Made by a program: the position numbers and the translations under genes. A stretch of DNA of 63,929 nucleotides, filler included, from Sphacelaria rigidula (taxonomy: Eukaryota), in the NCBI GenBank assembly GCA_964200075.2. It is 11 parts of 11 records of this genome, joined end to end, with 100 filler letters (N's around TTAATTAATTAA, not from the genome) between each part and the next. Parts side by side here need not be neighbours in the genome. Positions count along the whole stretch, not along the records: positions 23,285 to 29,005 come from CAXNAA020024977.1; positions 29,106 to 34,826 come from CAXNAA020024978.1; positions 34,927 to 40,647 come from CAXNAA020024979.1; 8 more parts are not named here. One strand, written 5' to 3'. The notes under the pieces are model-generated. The model did not search any database, had not been told where the DNA came from, and was given only the letters and a program-made list of their open reading frames with translations. Positions 24,772 to 38,300 of this stretch are shown here, piece by piece (position 1 is the first letter of the stretch; the number at the start of each line of letters is the position of its first letter).

Positions 24772-25059
24772 CTCATGTTGATCAGACAGCAACGCAAGGC
24801 CACCCAAGGCTGCGAGTCCAGCAAACAGGGACCAAGCCTTGTTTTCAGATCCCCATCCGCCGTCTTGTGATGAGACCGATATTTGTGCTGCCGCCGGTGT
24901 TACAGTAGCGGTAGTCCGAGGGAGGATGCCCATCAAAGTGGAGCTCGTGGTTCTGCGTGTTTTGACCTGACGAGCCACTGCTGTGGTTCGGACAATCCGA
25001 CCATAGTTGATGTTGGCCGTTGTTTCCTTGACAGCAGCGGCTACGGCGGTGCGGAGCAT
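24772..25059 (-). CDS. First coding exon of a probable mitochondrion-targeted membrane protein (96 codons)
   Basis: ATG at 25059. An Arg/Thr/Ala-rich, acid-poor leader (MLRTAVAAAVK...) is followed by a hydrophobic segment AWSLFAGLAALGGLALL and a GTACGA donor at 24766-24771. Confidence 0.65.
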
Positions 25060-26860
25060 GATGACTCGAGCCTTGATGTTGTAGTCTGTAGTGGCGACGG
25101 TGATGTCGTGTGCCTTTTTTCTGGGAGCGGGGGGTGCGGTGGAGGAAGCTGATCGATGCAACAACATATATATATTCATATATATATGTTTACCGACACG
25201 AGGAAATTGTGAATAAAAGTAATGCTGAGAGGATCCCCTTCGCAGAATTATAGACTTCTTGATCTTTCATTCGCAGTCGCAAACGAAACAGCCCCCACAA
25301 GCGAGCATTGACAGCCTGTGAGCACGGTGTACTCTGCACCGATCCAAATGCCTGCGTTCTCAATGGAACATGAAAGCCAGCCCCCCCCCCACTCGCCTCG
25401 GCAAAAGTTCAGGGCTGCACTGCAGTACGAACATCTCCGGTGATGAATATGCCCGTCAAGGGCTCTCGAGGCCGGCACAAAGCAACTGGCCCGCATATCC
25501 CCTTCCTAACAACCTAGAGCCCTAATTTTTCTCTCTTGCACAGTAGTCAGCACCGGCTCTTTCCCATACACGTGGTATAGGAATGCTCGTGGACAAAGCT
25601 AACCACCGAGGAACGTAGTGTTGGCCCAACTGCCGCGGTGATCCGATGAGTGCAGTAGAGCAGTCTACGAGCATGAGCATCAGACTGTCGACTATAGCCC
25701 AGAAGATACCTTGAAACAACGGCCGATGTTGTACCCCAGTCCGGTCTAACTAAAGAAAATCAAGACTACGCACTGCGGTCATACTTTCCAGGAACAAGCA
25801 CGGCGAAGGAAGCGGGACAAAAACTGCGAGCGGGAGTGGTGCTCTCCAGCGGGTGTGTGTATTGTTCTTTGTGCTATATGTTCACGAAACAAGGCACATC
25901 ATGGTGTGTACTGCACGGCGCTGCTACATCGTCTGATCCGCTGCGTGCTCCCCTTTTCCTAGCGACTGGCGAACTTTTCATGATCTAGAACGAACGACGG
26001 GAGAGAGATGGCGTATACACACCCCACTGGGACTGCAAGCGAGTCAACATTCAAACTTCGAGAGTGAGATAACATCGAAAAACGACGGACTACAGGACCG
26101 TAGATGTTACCGACATCGCCACTAGAACGACCCCACCCCATGCCCGATCGTCTATGTCCCTATATCACGCTCTTCTGTTGCACTCATACCTGTTTATGAT
26201 ACAGGAGACCTGGCCGAAATCGTATGCGACTTGTGGAAGTGTGAGGAGGGTGCGGGTGTGTGTGCAATGGGGCGCTCGCTGGCCCCCCTCTGGTTTCTTC
26301 GCGTGTTCATGTTCTACGATTCTGCAGGAAGATCTCGTATATGTAAAGAGATCATTGGGTTGGTTGGTCATAAACATAATTACTGTATATTTTATACTTA
26401 ACGAATAACTGTGCCAGTACCCTATGTCAATGAATTAGATCGCGCAAGGCAGCATATCATGAAATGCATTCTCCGAGTCCACGCTGTTCGCAAAACAAAA
26501 GTGAACCCGTCGGACCACGATGTCTCAATCGCCCATAGTTGGACCGTCTTCTTCTCCGAATTACCATATTGTTGTATCCGCGCACATGATATGGGTATCA
26601 CATGAATATATGTTTATCCTTGGTTTACCAATCCTAGACCGTGAACACCCATGTTTACCTATCCTAGACCGGGTGAAGTGTCTTGTATACGATAGTAGAG
26701 GACAACAGCACATCTGGATGGACCGTCCCTATCTTTCAGTTTCAGTCTGTGGTTGGTGTCTTGCTACTATGGTTGTTCCTTTGTTCGTTCGCCGAGGATC
26801 CCCCATGTTTTTGTTCCAATGTGCATCTTCCCGTCCATCATTTATACAATCTACTTGGCT

Positions 26861-27217
26861 GCCGGTCGCCCCGGTGGCTCAGTTGGTAACCTTGTAACCT
26901 TCCGACGGTTGGGTCGTGGGTTCGAATCTCGGTGCAGTCACAAGATCTGGGATTTTTTCTTATACAATGCTTAACAGTGGAGAGCGACTTCGCTGCGGGT
27001 ACATAAATTCGACTTCACGGTCGACGAGAGAAGGGATTGCCGAACCCCTCTCACGATAATAAATAAGGCAAACACCGCTGAAAAAGGTGAAGTACTGAAA
27101 TAAGATGAAAAAAACTCCTGTGTTGGCCCTCCTCCTGTGTGACCCCGGCTGATACGCCCACATATACCGAAAGGTGTACACTGGCGTCCAGAGTAGATGA
27201 GATGACACAGCACGCAC
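26861..27217 (+). mobile_element. tRNA-derived SINE, family 1, apparently full length
   Basis: A box TGGCTCAGTTGG (26875-26886) and B box GGTTCGAATCT (26919-26929), with no proper cloverleaf. The body and GNRA-capped stem-loop tail are shared with 1-56 and 10082-10556. Confidence 0.85.
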
Positions 27218-30044
27218 ATGGAATGTTTGTTAGACCGACTTGTGGGGCAACGAATCACGTTTTTTTACGAGCAGAGATTTCGCTCCGGATTAGAATGTCG
27301 ATTGCCATGCAAATACTCGCCCGCAATTTTCCAGGAAAAGATCCAGTATTCGACAATTCTCCAGTAGCTTTTTGTCAAAAATTCGGATGCGGTATATCTT
27401 TGAGGGTCATGGAGCAGACACACCGCACCTCGTTATGTCAGATTATGCTGAATCTTCCAGTAGTACATGTTACTTGACGCCGAAGGTGGTGTTGAAGCCT
27501 CGGGTTCCGTGGAGCAAGGCGCACAGGGCGCTGTGGGGGTTGAACGGATGACAATGTTTTTTTTGCACACCACTGGGAACAGCAATTAATTCAAATTCTG
27601 GTGACAGCTTGAGACGGTATGATATCAAAAAGGCCCCGAGTCAGCGGCAAATCTTGCCAGGATAGTCGTTCAACTCCGCTCGCTCATCGGGCGACCCTCG
27701 GAGTAACACGGGTGATAACATAAGTGCGGTTGAGACTTTTTCATATGTGTGAGGATGCTGTTTTCAACGTTCGCCCGGCATCTCGCGACAGACGTCGCCG
27801 TGAAGCTGTGTCGGTGCGAACTGTGCGTGTGTGCCAAGGACCGCTGCGCACCTATTCAAGAAAAGCGGGGCAACATCCTAAGTACCACCAGCGGTAGGGT
27901 CGACGACATCATGACAGACTGACTGTAATGGGGCGGCTACTATAGTCTTCTTCTACCGAAATCAACTCGGAGCCCGACAGTTGGTGACTCCTACATGAAG
28001 TTTTCAAGTTTACGAATATTGAGCAATATTCACCTGTTGAATATTTTGCGGAGATTTTTACCTCCTCCTCTACAGTAGTAAAACAATCGCCCCAGACTCA
28101 AAGGAAGGGTTGTAAGGACGGTTATCATTATAACTTGAGAGGGTATTATTATTCTTATCATCATTTCCGCACATTAGTCCGATCTCGCGAACCCGTGGCC
28201 ACAGACGTAGGCTCGACTTTCCAATACCGTCATTGCTATTCCTTACCAGACACATTATCAAAATAAAGAAAAAATAGGAAGAGCGACGCCACGAAAACCG
28301 GTGAGAAGTAGCTCCCCCCAGTTCAACGGCGAGAGAAAAGAAAGAAAGAAAAACAAACAAACGAACACACAAACAACAAACGCCAGATTTGTCAAAAGTG
28401 TACATTGTTCATTTGTTTTCATCCATTGCATTTACATTCATTCGAGGGGTAAAAATAGATTAAAAGTGTGAAATTATGGATGAGAATGGATGAAAATTAA
28501 GGACAAATGAGAATAATTAAGCTCGTTACTTAATAACGGCGCTTACGGTATCAACGGACGGGGCTCAGACTCCTTTGACCTTTTCGGGGGGGGGGGGAAA
28601 CTTGCTCCCTGAAAACAATATTTTCCCGAGTGGAATTGATGCCGATTCTCAACACATCATGAGGGTTCCAGCCTGTTCACAGGCGATTTTCTCCCGCGGA
28701 TTGATTTTCGACCCCAGTCCGTTGGGCAATGTTTTTCGGCTAGCTGTGAGGAAACCAGATCAGTTCTCCGATTCTCCGGACGCTGACTGTCGGTGTATCA
28801 CCTTTTTTAACAGTGTTTTCGTGAGATTGAGAATAGATGATACGATTGAGAGTGAAAAGCGGTCAATCATCAGTGAAAATGAATCGTTTCAGTTCCGAAA
28901 TGCACTTCCACGAGGCCCAACATGCTTTCTGCAATAATAGCTGGCCACTGAGGCCCTTGATATCCCTGGGTAGGATATCGACGTGTAGCTGTAAGCACAC
29001 GCAAGNNNNNNNNNNNNNNNNNNNNNNNNNNNNNNNNNNNNNNNNNNNNTTAATTAATTAANNNNNNNNNNNNNNNNNNNNNNNNNNNNNNNNNNNNNNN
29101 NNNNNCTTACATATCTTATCCCCGTCCTGTTTCGCCGTCTCTGGCCACCATCTATCCCCTAGTACATTCTCGAGGGGGGGGGGTCTGTCTATGCTCTATA
29201 GCTCCCCTTTGTTGATCAATGAAAGGTTGAACGACAGGAAACCACCACTGTAGTGGCACGCGCTCATTTCACCCGGAAACGGACCAGGATTGGTGCGAAT
29301 CTCATTTCAGTGGACAAAGAAAATGGATAAAAGGAAAAAGAAGTGTTGCCCATTGTTACCAGGGACGATGGGATAGACCACCCACGTATTTGGCCAAAAT
29401 ATGGTATATTTTCACCCCGCTTTGTGGAACGCCACCACTTCGGTTAGTGCTGCGGTATTTGTGCAATTAACGGTTCTTGAAACATCTCAAAGTGTTGAGG
29501 GGTCTCGTGAAATGAAGATAACGGGAGGGTAGTCACGTGAGCCCACGTGTTGAGACTACTCCCTCGATAATTTTTTTCGTGGCCAACATTCGGGGCAGGA
29601 AGGGTACCCCTTTCCACGTACCGCCCTCGAGATAACGGTTGTGCGTACCGGTTGTGCGTACAGCATGTGCGGGAGAAGCATTTACTGGTCTCTCTCACGG
29701 AGGACGGTTCTCATCAACCCGGATCCTGGTACTCATAGTTGAATATACGTCATTGTTGTCGGTGCCCAAGGCTAATCCCGATCCCAACCCCAACCCAAGG
29801 TAGACCGAGAATCTTCGGACAAATGAGGCGCATGCGGTGCCCTACACAACACACATTGGCAGATCTCCAATCGGCACCTGCGGCGTCGATTCAAGCCAAA
29901 CCACGTGCTGACCCCGCTGGATGAGCCCCCGGGACTGTAAGCCCTCTCAATATCCGAATACAATGATACACACCAAGAGCCAAGTATTTTTCAACCATGG
30001 ATTTGGGCAGCCAGAATCATGCAAACTCTACTGTCATGACTCAC

Positions 30045-33000
30045 CGGTTTAGCTGAGCCAACATCAAGCCCGTCACCTCTCCGAACGAGATCGCCGAGTC
30101 GTCTTCCTCATCAAGCGGCGTTTGTTCCCCCTTTCCTTCGCCGGTGATTATCGAAGACGCCTGCGCTTTCCGCTCAACAGTCTCCGTGGCTACTGGTGGT
30201 ATAGCAGCCGCAGCCACCGCACCACCGTTCGTGGTCGCACCCGCTCCATCGTCGACTCCTGCGCCACCCTCGGCAAAGCCAAGCTTATCCTGGTATAGGA
30301 ACGAAGTTTCAGTTCCATCCTCATTTTTGGCGTCACCGCCGTCTGCGGAGCCCTCGTCCTCTAAGCTCCTCTGCCCCGTCTCGGCCGTCGTCTGGGCCGT
30401 TCCCCCCACGGTGACTTGGCTGCTCTCGCCCGACACATCGACCACGGTGCCAACACTCTCACAAAAGTCGTCTGTACCACCTTCATCTACACCGGGTGCA
30501 ACAGCACCACGAGTCTTGTCATCCCCCTCGCCAGCTGACGTGCTTCCCTCCTCGTCATCTTCCTCCGCTTCGGTTTCGTTCTGACGCCCGTCCCCTCTGA
30601 ATTCCTCGCTCCTGGTTCGCTTCAACCCGCGCGAGATGCCCTCGTTCTTGCCGGTGGCCGTGGCAGGGGCTTCGGCCCACGCGAAGGGTTCGAGAGAAAC
30701 GGCCAAGCCTTTCCCGGCTTTGCAGAGCACGACCACGGCTTCGAGTAGCTCCTCTTTGCCTTCCCACGTTCTCCCGTGCATGTGCGACAGCACACGGCGG
30801 ATGAGACGCCTCCCGGAGCTCGCTTCGCCCAACGCTGGACCGAGCGTAGATGCGAGGTCCTTCAGCCCTGAGCAGCCCTGGCGTTTCGTTACTCTACTTA
30901 CCGAGGATATCGCAGCGGACACTTCGGCCAGGACAGCGGGGAGCTATTGCATAGGCGGTAGAGGGTTGATCGAGTAACAAACACGGCAGCGCGCAAGATA
31001 TTTATATCAAAAGCGGTGCCGGCGAATAAAACAATATCGTGTAAGGCGGGGGATTGAGCCACTCAGCGGGACGGCGCCAAGGATATTCGTTCAGTGTTGC
31101 TGGTACAAGTCAGATATTTCATCTTATGTTATCTGTAGCAGCCCGAGCGTCCAAGGGGGAGAGCGTATGTATGCTGAAGATTTACCGCGCCACTCTGACC
31201 AGGAAATGCAATGAAATCGACCGTGTGTGACGGACGCACGTGTTGCCATTGGCAAATCCGCATTTCGGCGATAAAACCATGTGACTCCGAACTGTAAGTG
31301 ACGCAAAAATCCTTGAATTTGCAGCATTTTGTCTTGTAAAAAATTATTGGAGTCTGCAGTAACGCTCCCCAGTAGATGCCTTACCATCAGCAGTACGGCA
31401 TCCTTGGCAGTACGAACCCTCGCCGATTCCCCCATGCCAGCCGCCCCGAGCTGAAGCTGCATGAGCCCTTCTTGCCACGCCTGCTCGAACGCGTCAGCTA
31501 CGGGCTTATCTGGATCGCGTCTCGCCACAAACGCCACCGGTAGAATTCGCGCCCATCCGCTAGCCCCAAACATAATGGCGCCGCTACCACCGCTGCCCTG
31601 ACCATCGGCACCGGCTCCCAATTGCCCCCCCGCCCTGCGGCACAGGTCACCCAGAAGCAAGGCGAGAGTGCGGCGCTGGCGCTTATCGAAGTCCGGGTCG
31701 GCTTCGCGGAAAAGTTGCGCGAGGCGGCTCGCCAAGCGAGAGACATTAGCGGCGGGGGCCAACCGCGCTACCGTTGACAACGCCGAAGAGTATGTCCGCC
31801 GCAACGTGGAGCTCCTCTCCGACAGAGCGGCATTGGTTAAGGTCGGCAAGAGCTTAGGGGCTGCCTTCGATGTGTCAGCCGGCGCCCTCTCACACAGGGA
31901 CAGGACGAGGTAAGCGGACGCCGAGCGGGTGGCGAGGCCTGTCCCCGAGCGGAGAAGGCCCAGGAGACGTGGCAACAAGTCTTTGACCACCCCGACGCCG
32001 TCGAGATGTCTGTAGCACTGATCAAGTGCATCCTGGAGGGGACCTGCTCTGGAGACGGACAGGCGCAGCCGTTCCATCTGGTCCTGCGTCATCTCTAGCT
32101 GCGTCTCTGCGTGGAATTGCATATACTGCAAGGCCTGGTTGAGATTGTAGACACGTCGTGATGTAGAGATGAACCGGGGGGATGTTGAGATCGCCGAAAA
32201 TATGAACGATGAGAACACCCAGGTGCTTGGTCATTCCAACAGTGCACGTTGTGGATGTACGGGGGTGGCTAGCTGAGTTGACGTCTTTTCAACGTTGATA
32301 CCCACTACAGAGACAGTATTCCTATGCCATGATGTACACCCTAAATTTCCGAGGCGCTCACGCGCACGGAACAACTACCGCACTGCCCTCCGTGGCAACC
32401 ATCGACTGACACTTCGTGTACCCAGACCATCACAGTTGACACTTTCTGCGATAGCCCCCCCAAAAAAACAGCCTCAAACTGTCGAGGTTCATACAGCGTC
32501 AAGGTTCATACAGCGTCTGATGTTTGGTTTCAGGCTGCATGAAGCGCCTTATATGGGCGACATTGGCGAGAACGAACCCAGGCGTGGGAATTCCCAGCTG
32601 CTCGTTGTGCTCGGCTTTTTCCATTTCGATTCACGTGTAGGTTTTGCCTCCCAACACCAGCTACTTTTTTGGGAAGGGGCTATCGTAGAAAGTGTCAATT
32701 CAACAACAATAATGTGAAGTTCACTCTTGACTTGCTCGTTTCTACACCTGGGGCTCCAGCGCACTCAAGCCTTCAATAAGCGTGGCCACCAGCTCCGCAA
32801 GATGTGGCGTCAACGCATCCTTGTCGCACACCTTCACCAGGCGCTGTAGCGTGCGCATCGCCAACCCTTGCGAGGCTTTACATCGGCTCAATATCCCCTT
32901 CCGCATCAACCACGGCAGCGTCACCGCAATCGCGGCCGCCGCTGCTTCCCTCGCTGCCGCCGATGGCGGCGGCCCGGTCCTCTCCGCCCCCGCCCTACCG

Positions 33001-34574
33001 GGCCTCAAAATATCCGCTGCGGTCGGCCCGTTTCTTCCTTCGCCGCCACCTAGGATACGCCCGATCCCGCCTTCTCCCATCGCTACGACCGCCTCGGGCC
33101 CTGCAGACGCCGCCACCTGCCGCAGCACTTCGTCCGCGGCGGCGTCCCTCTCTTGCGCCGAGGCTAGTCCCGGCGAGACCTGCATGCCGCCTTCCCCTCT
33201 CGCGCTGGCCTCCGCCTCGGATGCCGTGAAATCTTCCACCATCGTTCCAATTGTGCGTCTAGCTTCGTTTGCTTCCTCCTGGAGAGCGTTCGAGCCCTGG
33301 CCGGCGGCGTCGCTCCGCGCCGCGGCGGCAACAGCGGCTGCAGAAGGGGAGCCGGCGGCGTTGACACCCTCTCCATGCGGAGGCACGAAGGTGTAAGGGT
33401 CACAGAGACGCACGGAGACGTTTGCCAACGTTTTGGCGAAGTCGACAGCTTGCTCGGCCACCGACTCCTTGATGTCGTCCAGGGCCCTGATGCGGCAGAA
33501 CGGGGCAGGGGCAAAGGGGGGAAACACACATTCCTGTGGTTTGGAGCAAATACGTACAAGCAGGCCTTCCTGTAGCAGGCTGCAAAATGGGTATAAACCT
33601 TGTTTGATATTGCCTGGCTGCTTCGCTGGCGGGGCAGGATGCACACACTGCGGAAGACCGGAGATCCGATGTCCACTCGCGGTATGCGAGTGATGATGGA
33701 GAAGGATGAAGCCGGGGCCAAAACGACCAACGCCCCAGAAACTACATTCAACTACGTGATGTCCCGTACCTCAGCGGAAAAAAGACCAAACCAAGACTAC
33801 AGGAGTTCTCTACAGTTCACAAACAAGAAACAGATGAACACGAACCTGTCCGCCATGATCCACAGATCTTCGAGATGCGGGCCTAGCTCATCCCATGCCC
33901 TACCTCTCAGCACGTCCGCCAACCCTGCGCAAGCGGACTGCCGATCTCTCCACTTGCGTTCGCCCAGTGCACGGATAAGCTCCGTGACAATTGCCGACAG
34001 ATTGGTACGGATCACCTTGCGAATACAAAGTCGTGTAGCATAGACCAAGAACAAGCGATACGATAAAAGAGTACCGAGGAGCGATCTGAGCGCTGGTTGC
34101 GCGCAGATACTCACGTAGGGGTGGATATGTTCGATTTGCCAGCGAGCGGGTGGGAGGTGACCAATGTGGGAGATGTTGGGGTCATCGCAGTAACTGGTCA
34201 ACCACCTCGAGATACACAGAAACCCAAATCGTCGATGTCGAAGACAAAGAGTGATGGGGCATGATCCAACCAGGGTGCAGAAGAGCTCGTGTTCACCTTG
34301 CTTCCCTCACGGAAATCATGACCACGCAAAAAAACGCGGGTGTATTCGACCGTATACCGCACATACCTCTTTTTCTCGGATTGAAAAGTCTCCCTCGACA
34401 CCGCTCCCACCGCTGCCCACAATAGATCGCCACAGCTGCTCCATCGCTGAGCGGGTCTTGGCGCTCGGGTCGAAGCGATAGCGGAACAAGCGGGGAACGA
34501 TTCGGCGGAGCTCATCTCCGAAAGCGCCCGGCGATACTTGATCGATCATTACCCCCAGGCCGTAGCTTGCCCCT
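30045..34574 (-). CDS. ECM29: Proteasome adapter and scaffold protein ECM29 (HEAT repeats), internal exons
   Basis: Phase-consistent exons 34367-34574, 33846-34015, 32748-33486, 31385-32134 and 30045-30943. Motifs: GASYGLG...IVPRLFRYRFDP, WRDRQSACAGLADVLRGR, ALDDIKESV, LIEGLSALEPQALQY, LRSGTGLATR, GRTWEGKEELL. Confidence 0.93.
32438..32696. mobile_element. Second copy of the GACACTTTC MITE, in an ECM29 intron
   Basis: Same TIRs and near-identical interior (CAGGCTGCATGAAGCGCC...GGGAATTCCCAGCTGCTCGTTGTGCTCGGC). Flanks are AGTT / AATT, a 4-bp TSD with one mismatch. Confidence 0.88.
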
Positions 34575-34826
34575 CTGTTTTGCGACACAACCCGACCCCG
34601 TGACAGAAAACAAGACAAAATATCGCGTCAGGAGATAGAGGCGAGCATCAATGACGGAGTGGCAGCGCGGCATAGAGTGCAAAGAGAGTTGACCTTTGAC
34701 CGGCGATACTTGATCGATCATTACCCCCAGGCCGTAGCTTGCCCCTCTGTTTTGCGACACAACCCGACCCCGTGACAGAAAACAAGACAAAATATCGCGT
34801 CAGGAGATAGAGGCGAGCATCAATGA
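34528..34826. repeat. Exact 127-bp tandem duplication (34528-34654 / 34700-34826) spanning an ECM29 acceptor site
   Basis: Identical sequence at a 172-bp offset, running into the contig end. Confidence 0.9.
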
Positions 34827-35343
34827 NNNNNNNNNNNNNNNNNNNNNNNNNNNNNNNNNNNNNNNNNNNNTTAATTAATTAANNNNNNNNNNNNNNNNNN
34901 NNNNNNNNNNNNNNNNNNNNNNNNNNATGCGACTCGCCGAACACACCACGGCGCGTTGCGCTTGGTGGTTTTAGTGCAAACCTGGTCCGGCGAAAACCCG
35001 GCGTGCCTAGTCCCGGTTTTGAAGGGATGCGAGGTCAATGGTCTTACGACGATGGCATGCATGATCATGAGAACCCCCCCCCCCAGTCCTTGCGTAAGAA
35101 ATTTGCATCGACCATCGGATCAGCGTTGGTGTGTGAACATGGGTAATTTGGAAGATGGTCGTTGGGGTCACAAGGTCCTCAGCACTTCGTGCGTCGGCCG
35201 GTTATTAATGGCGCCGTTCACGTCGAAAAATTTACTGTCAGCCGTTGTTCACCGCGCAGACGAACAGTGGTTTAACGGGGAGTACTTGTTTTCTCCATTC
35301 CTTTGTCAACTTTGTGTGTGCGTGCGTGTGCGCGCGTCGGAAG

Positions 35344-38300
35344 GCGTTGGTGAGGTGTCCATCCGTTGAGCTGCGAAGAGAGACGATGGTGGTCCTTGAG
35401 AGCCTAGCGGACATTGATGACGATGTTGTCCTCGAGGACGCCAAGAAGTACCGAGGACAGGGGTGCGGCGATATGCCTTCGGAAGAATCGGAAGGCGTTA
35501 CAGTCACGACTTTGCTGGTGAGCTTCTGCTCTGTGGTCCATCCCTCTCATGAGTGTTGGAAAATGACAGATTCAACGTGAAAGTTGGCAGAAAAGTGGGT
35601 GTTGTCGGTGTATGGTAGTGTGAGGGAGGAAAGGGAAGTGCCGCCGATTTATCAATAAACTGTTTTTCAAAACGTGGGCCACTGTTCGCAGCAGAAAAGC
35701 TCATTTGAATAGTGATAATTATCGGTTTCGTGACGCTAGCGCCAGGGATGATACCCAGACCAATATTGTTGATACAGTGGCCACAAGTAGTGATCCACTC
35801 ATCTCACCCATCCAACCCACCCACCTTTTGGGAATCGTCTGTTTTCCGTATCCCTTACTTCGAACCCTCTTTTTGGTGCAAATCCCCCGCCCCCCCCTGC
35901 CCTCAAGTCTCCCATGCGCCCTATAGGATGAGAGAATGTGATAGAGTAACCGCCTTCATGTGCAAGTGTTGGATTTGAGGGCAGATCGATGATCACGTGG
36001 GCCAGTGCCGTGCGCCCGTAATTCTTACTCAACATGGAAAGAAGAATGTTGGCCGAGTGGAAATATAGTGCAAACTCCGAATCCGAGATGGAGATTTTGA
36101 AAAAGAATGAATGATGACCGCTCTGTAATATCACGTATATAAATTCGAAGTGTTCCAGATGGTTGATCAAAATTGCTAACCCAGGAATCGATTCTACGAC
36201 GTCAAGCTCGTGAGGGTGGGCCTAGTTTTGTCAGAAGTGGGCCCCACCAGCCGGTGCGAACGCCAGATGAAGGTTCCAGCAGCTATGATCGGCGGACCTT
36301 GAAAAACTATGACCTATACCAGGGAAACTGTGGCGGAATGTAAACCGTAATCCGCTCGACGAACTTGTCATCAGCATCAGGTATTCTAACGATATCTCTC
36401 CTATCCCTTGCGATGTAGTAATTTGTAAGGTACAGGTCATTGAACGATATATAACAGCCCCTGAGCGTATGTGAGGAGGGTATGAAAGCGTTCCGTCCCC
36501 GGGATGAGAGTGGTGAATGGTTATCATGAATGAACAAAGTCCGTAATGGCAGTTGTAGTCATATCTCTGCCATCCCCAAGGGCATCTTCCTCAATACGCT
36601 TCGGACCAGTACACTCGGTAACACCCCCACGAGCGTTTTCGAGGGGAGAGTTGAAGGATTTCATCCCTGGGGTGATGACGTTATGGGTTGTCATGAAGCA
36701 ACCTTTCGTGGGTCGGCGTGCACATTTTCAACCCGGAAGCGTGCGTTGCGTCTGTGTCGAAGGCATTGGCACAACGTTTGGAGGGTTTGAAATGTGTTAT
36801 TGGCCAGCAGGGTAGGACATGAGCTTTCCAGTTATACCTTGGCGGTCTTGACAGGCATCCCCATCCATGTGTTACGGGCCAAAAACGGTCGATAACAACC
36901 CCTTGACCGTATCAGGAAAATGGAGAAATGATGCCATCCCCGGAGTGTGAAGGGCGGGGGGTTATCATAGTTGAATTCGGTGGGACTCAGCGGTTGTATT
37001 AATACCACTTCCGTCCCCAGGGGCATCGTCCTTTGTACGCTCCTGGCCAAAACTTCAGATACCACCCCTTCTGAGAGTGTTTGATCAGGAGATTGAGCGA
37101 ATTTCCCCCGCAGTTTCGAGGTAAGGGATTGACACCAGTCAGTAGGGTAGGGTGTAAGTGATCTGGTGGTACCTTTCCGGTCCCGAAAGGCCTCGCTTTT
37201 CGTAAGTTACTCGCCAAAACGATAAATTACGGCCAGTGTTGCGTAGGGGTTGGTTCTATTTTTTATCCCTGTCGTTGGAGAGATGAAGTTTCAACACCGG
37301 ATCAATAGAAAAGGTTGAAGCAGTTTCAGCAATGCCCTTGCCGTCTCCAGGAGCACTGGGTAGCCACCGCGTCCCGGTCGTGTGATGATCCGACTGTCGC
37401 CACCAGGGTGGAGCTAACGAGGGTTTGATCCCCGATGCGTTGGGTTTTTTCTTGGTAGTATCTGATTTCTACCGTGAGAAGCGCGCTAACTTGAGTAACC
37501 AAAGTAGGCGATTGAATTGGTTTGACGTGAGTTGATGCGGTGCTTACGTGCTGACCCGATCCGCGAGACCAAAATGCAAGGCGTGTACCGGGAAGAGATG
37601 GGTAGATCCCTTGAGACCACGGACTCGTCCCGAGGAAGGCGAGGGGTTCAAAGTGCGACAAAAAAAACACCTGGCCAAAAAGTCAGGTAACACCCCCCTG
37701 AGTGTGTGTGGTAAGGGGGTAGAACCATGCCATTCCCCGGGGGGGAGAAGATGCGCTCATAAATCATAAGGGTGGCGTGTAGGAGTTTCCGCGATGCACC
37801 TCCCGTCTACATGGGCATATTTATTCGTAAGCTATGAGCCAAAATGATTGGTAACACCCCCTGCGGTAGTATGGTCGGGGGTAGGGGGGTTGTTGATTCA
37901 TCGCTGGGGGAAGGCGTTTTCACGGCTTTTTTTTCATATCAAAAATTCAGAGATTTCTATTTCGATGCTACATATTTTGTATTTAGGGTCATCGACATCA
38001 GAGCACAATTGGAGCAAGACGTTAGATGACGCCCCCTCTGTACGATAGACACCACCCGTCGGAGATGTCCATTCCCCCTCCTCTACCGGACCGTACCCCC
38101 CCGGGGGCTAGATCTATGGTCAATGGTCAAACGACTAAGGCAAGCAACAAATGAGTACGCCCCCCCTCGGCTAGATTTAACCCTCATACGACGAGAGTGG
38201 GTCATTTATTGAATCGACATCACTTTCACTTGAAACAAGTATGCGTGATCCAGATGGACTACCCTCACGGTCTAAGGGTTAACTTCAGCAATGTTTTTTT

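Noticed and set aside
25963..26360. Three small phase-compatible plus-strand exons (...DLAEIVCDLWKCEE-GRSRICKEII)
   Set aside because: Splice signals are plausible but there is no recognisable homology or start, so it cannot be supported without RNA data.
26861..26940. tRNA gene
   Set aside because: A and B boxes are present but there is no anticodon or acceptor stem, and the sequence continues into a multicopy body, so it is a SINE head.
30144..33396. Long plus-strand ORFs (146-204 aa)
   Set aside because: They are antisense shadows of GC-rich ECM29 exons.
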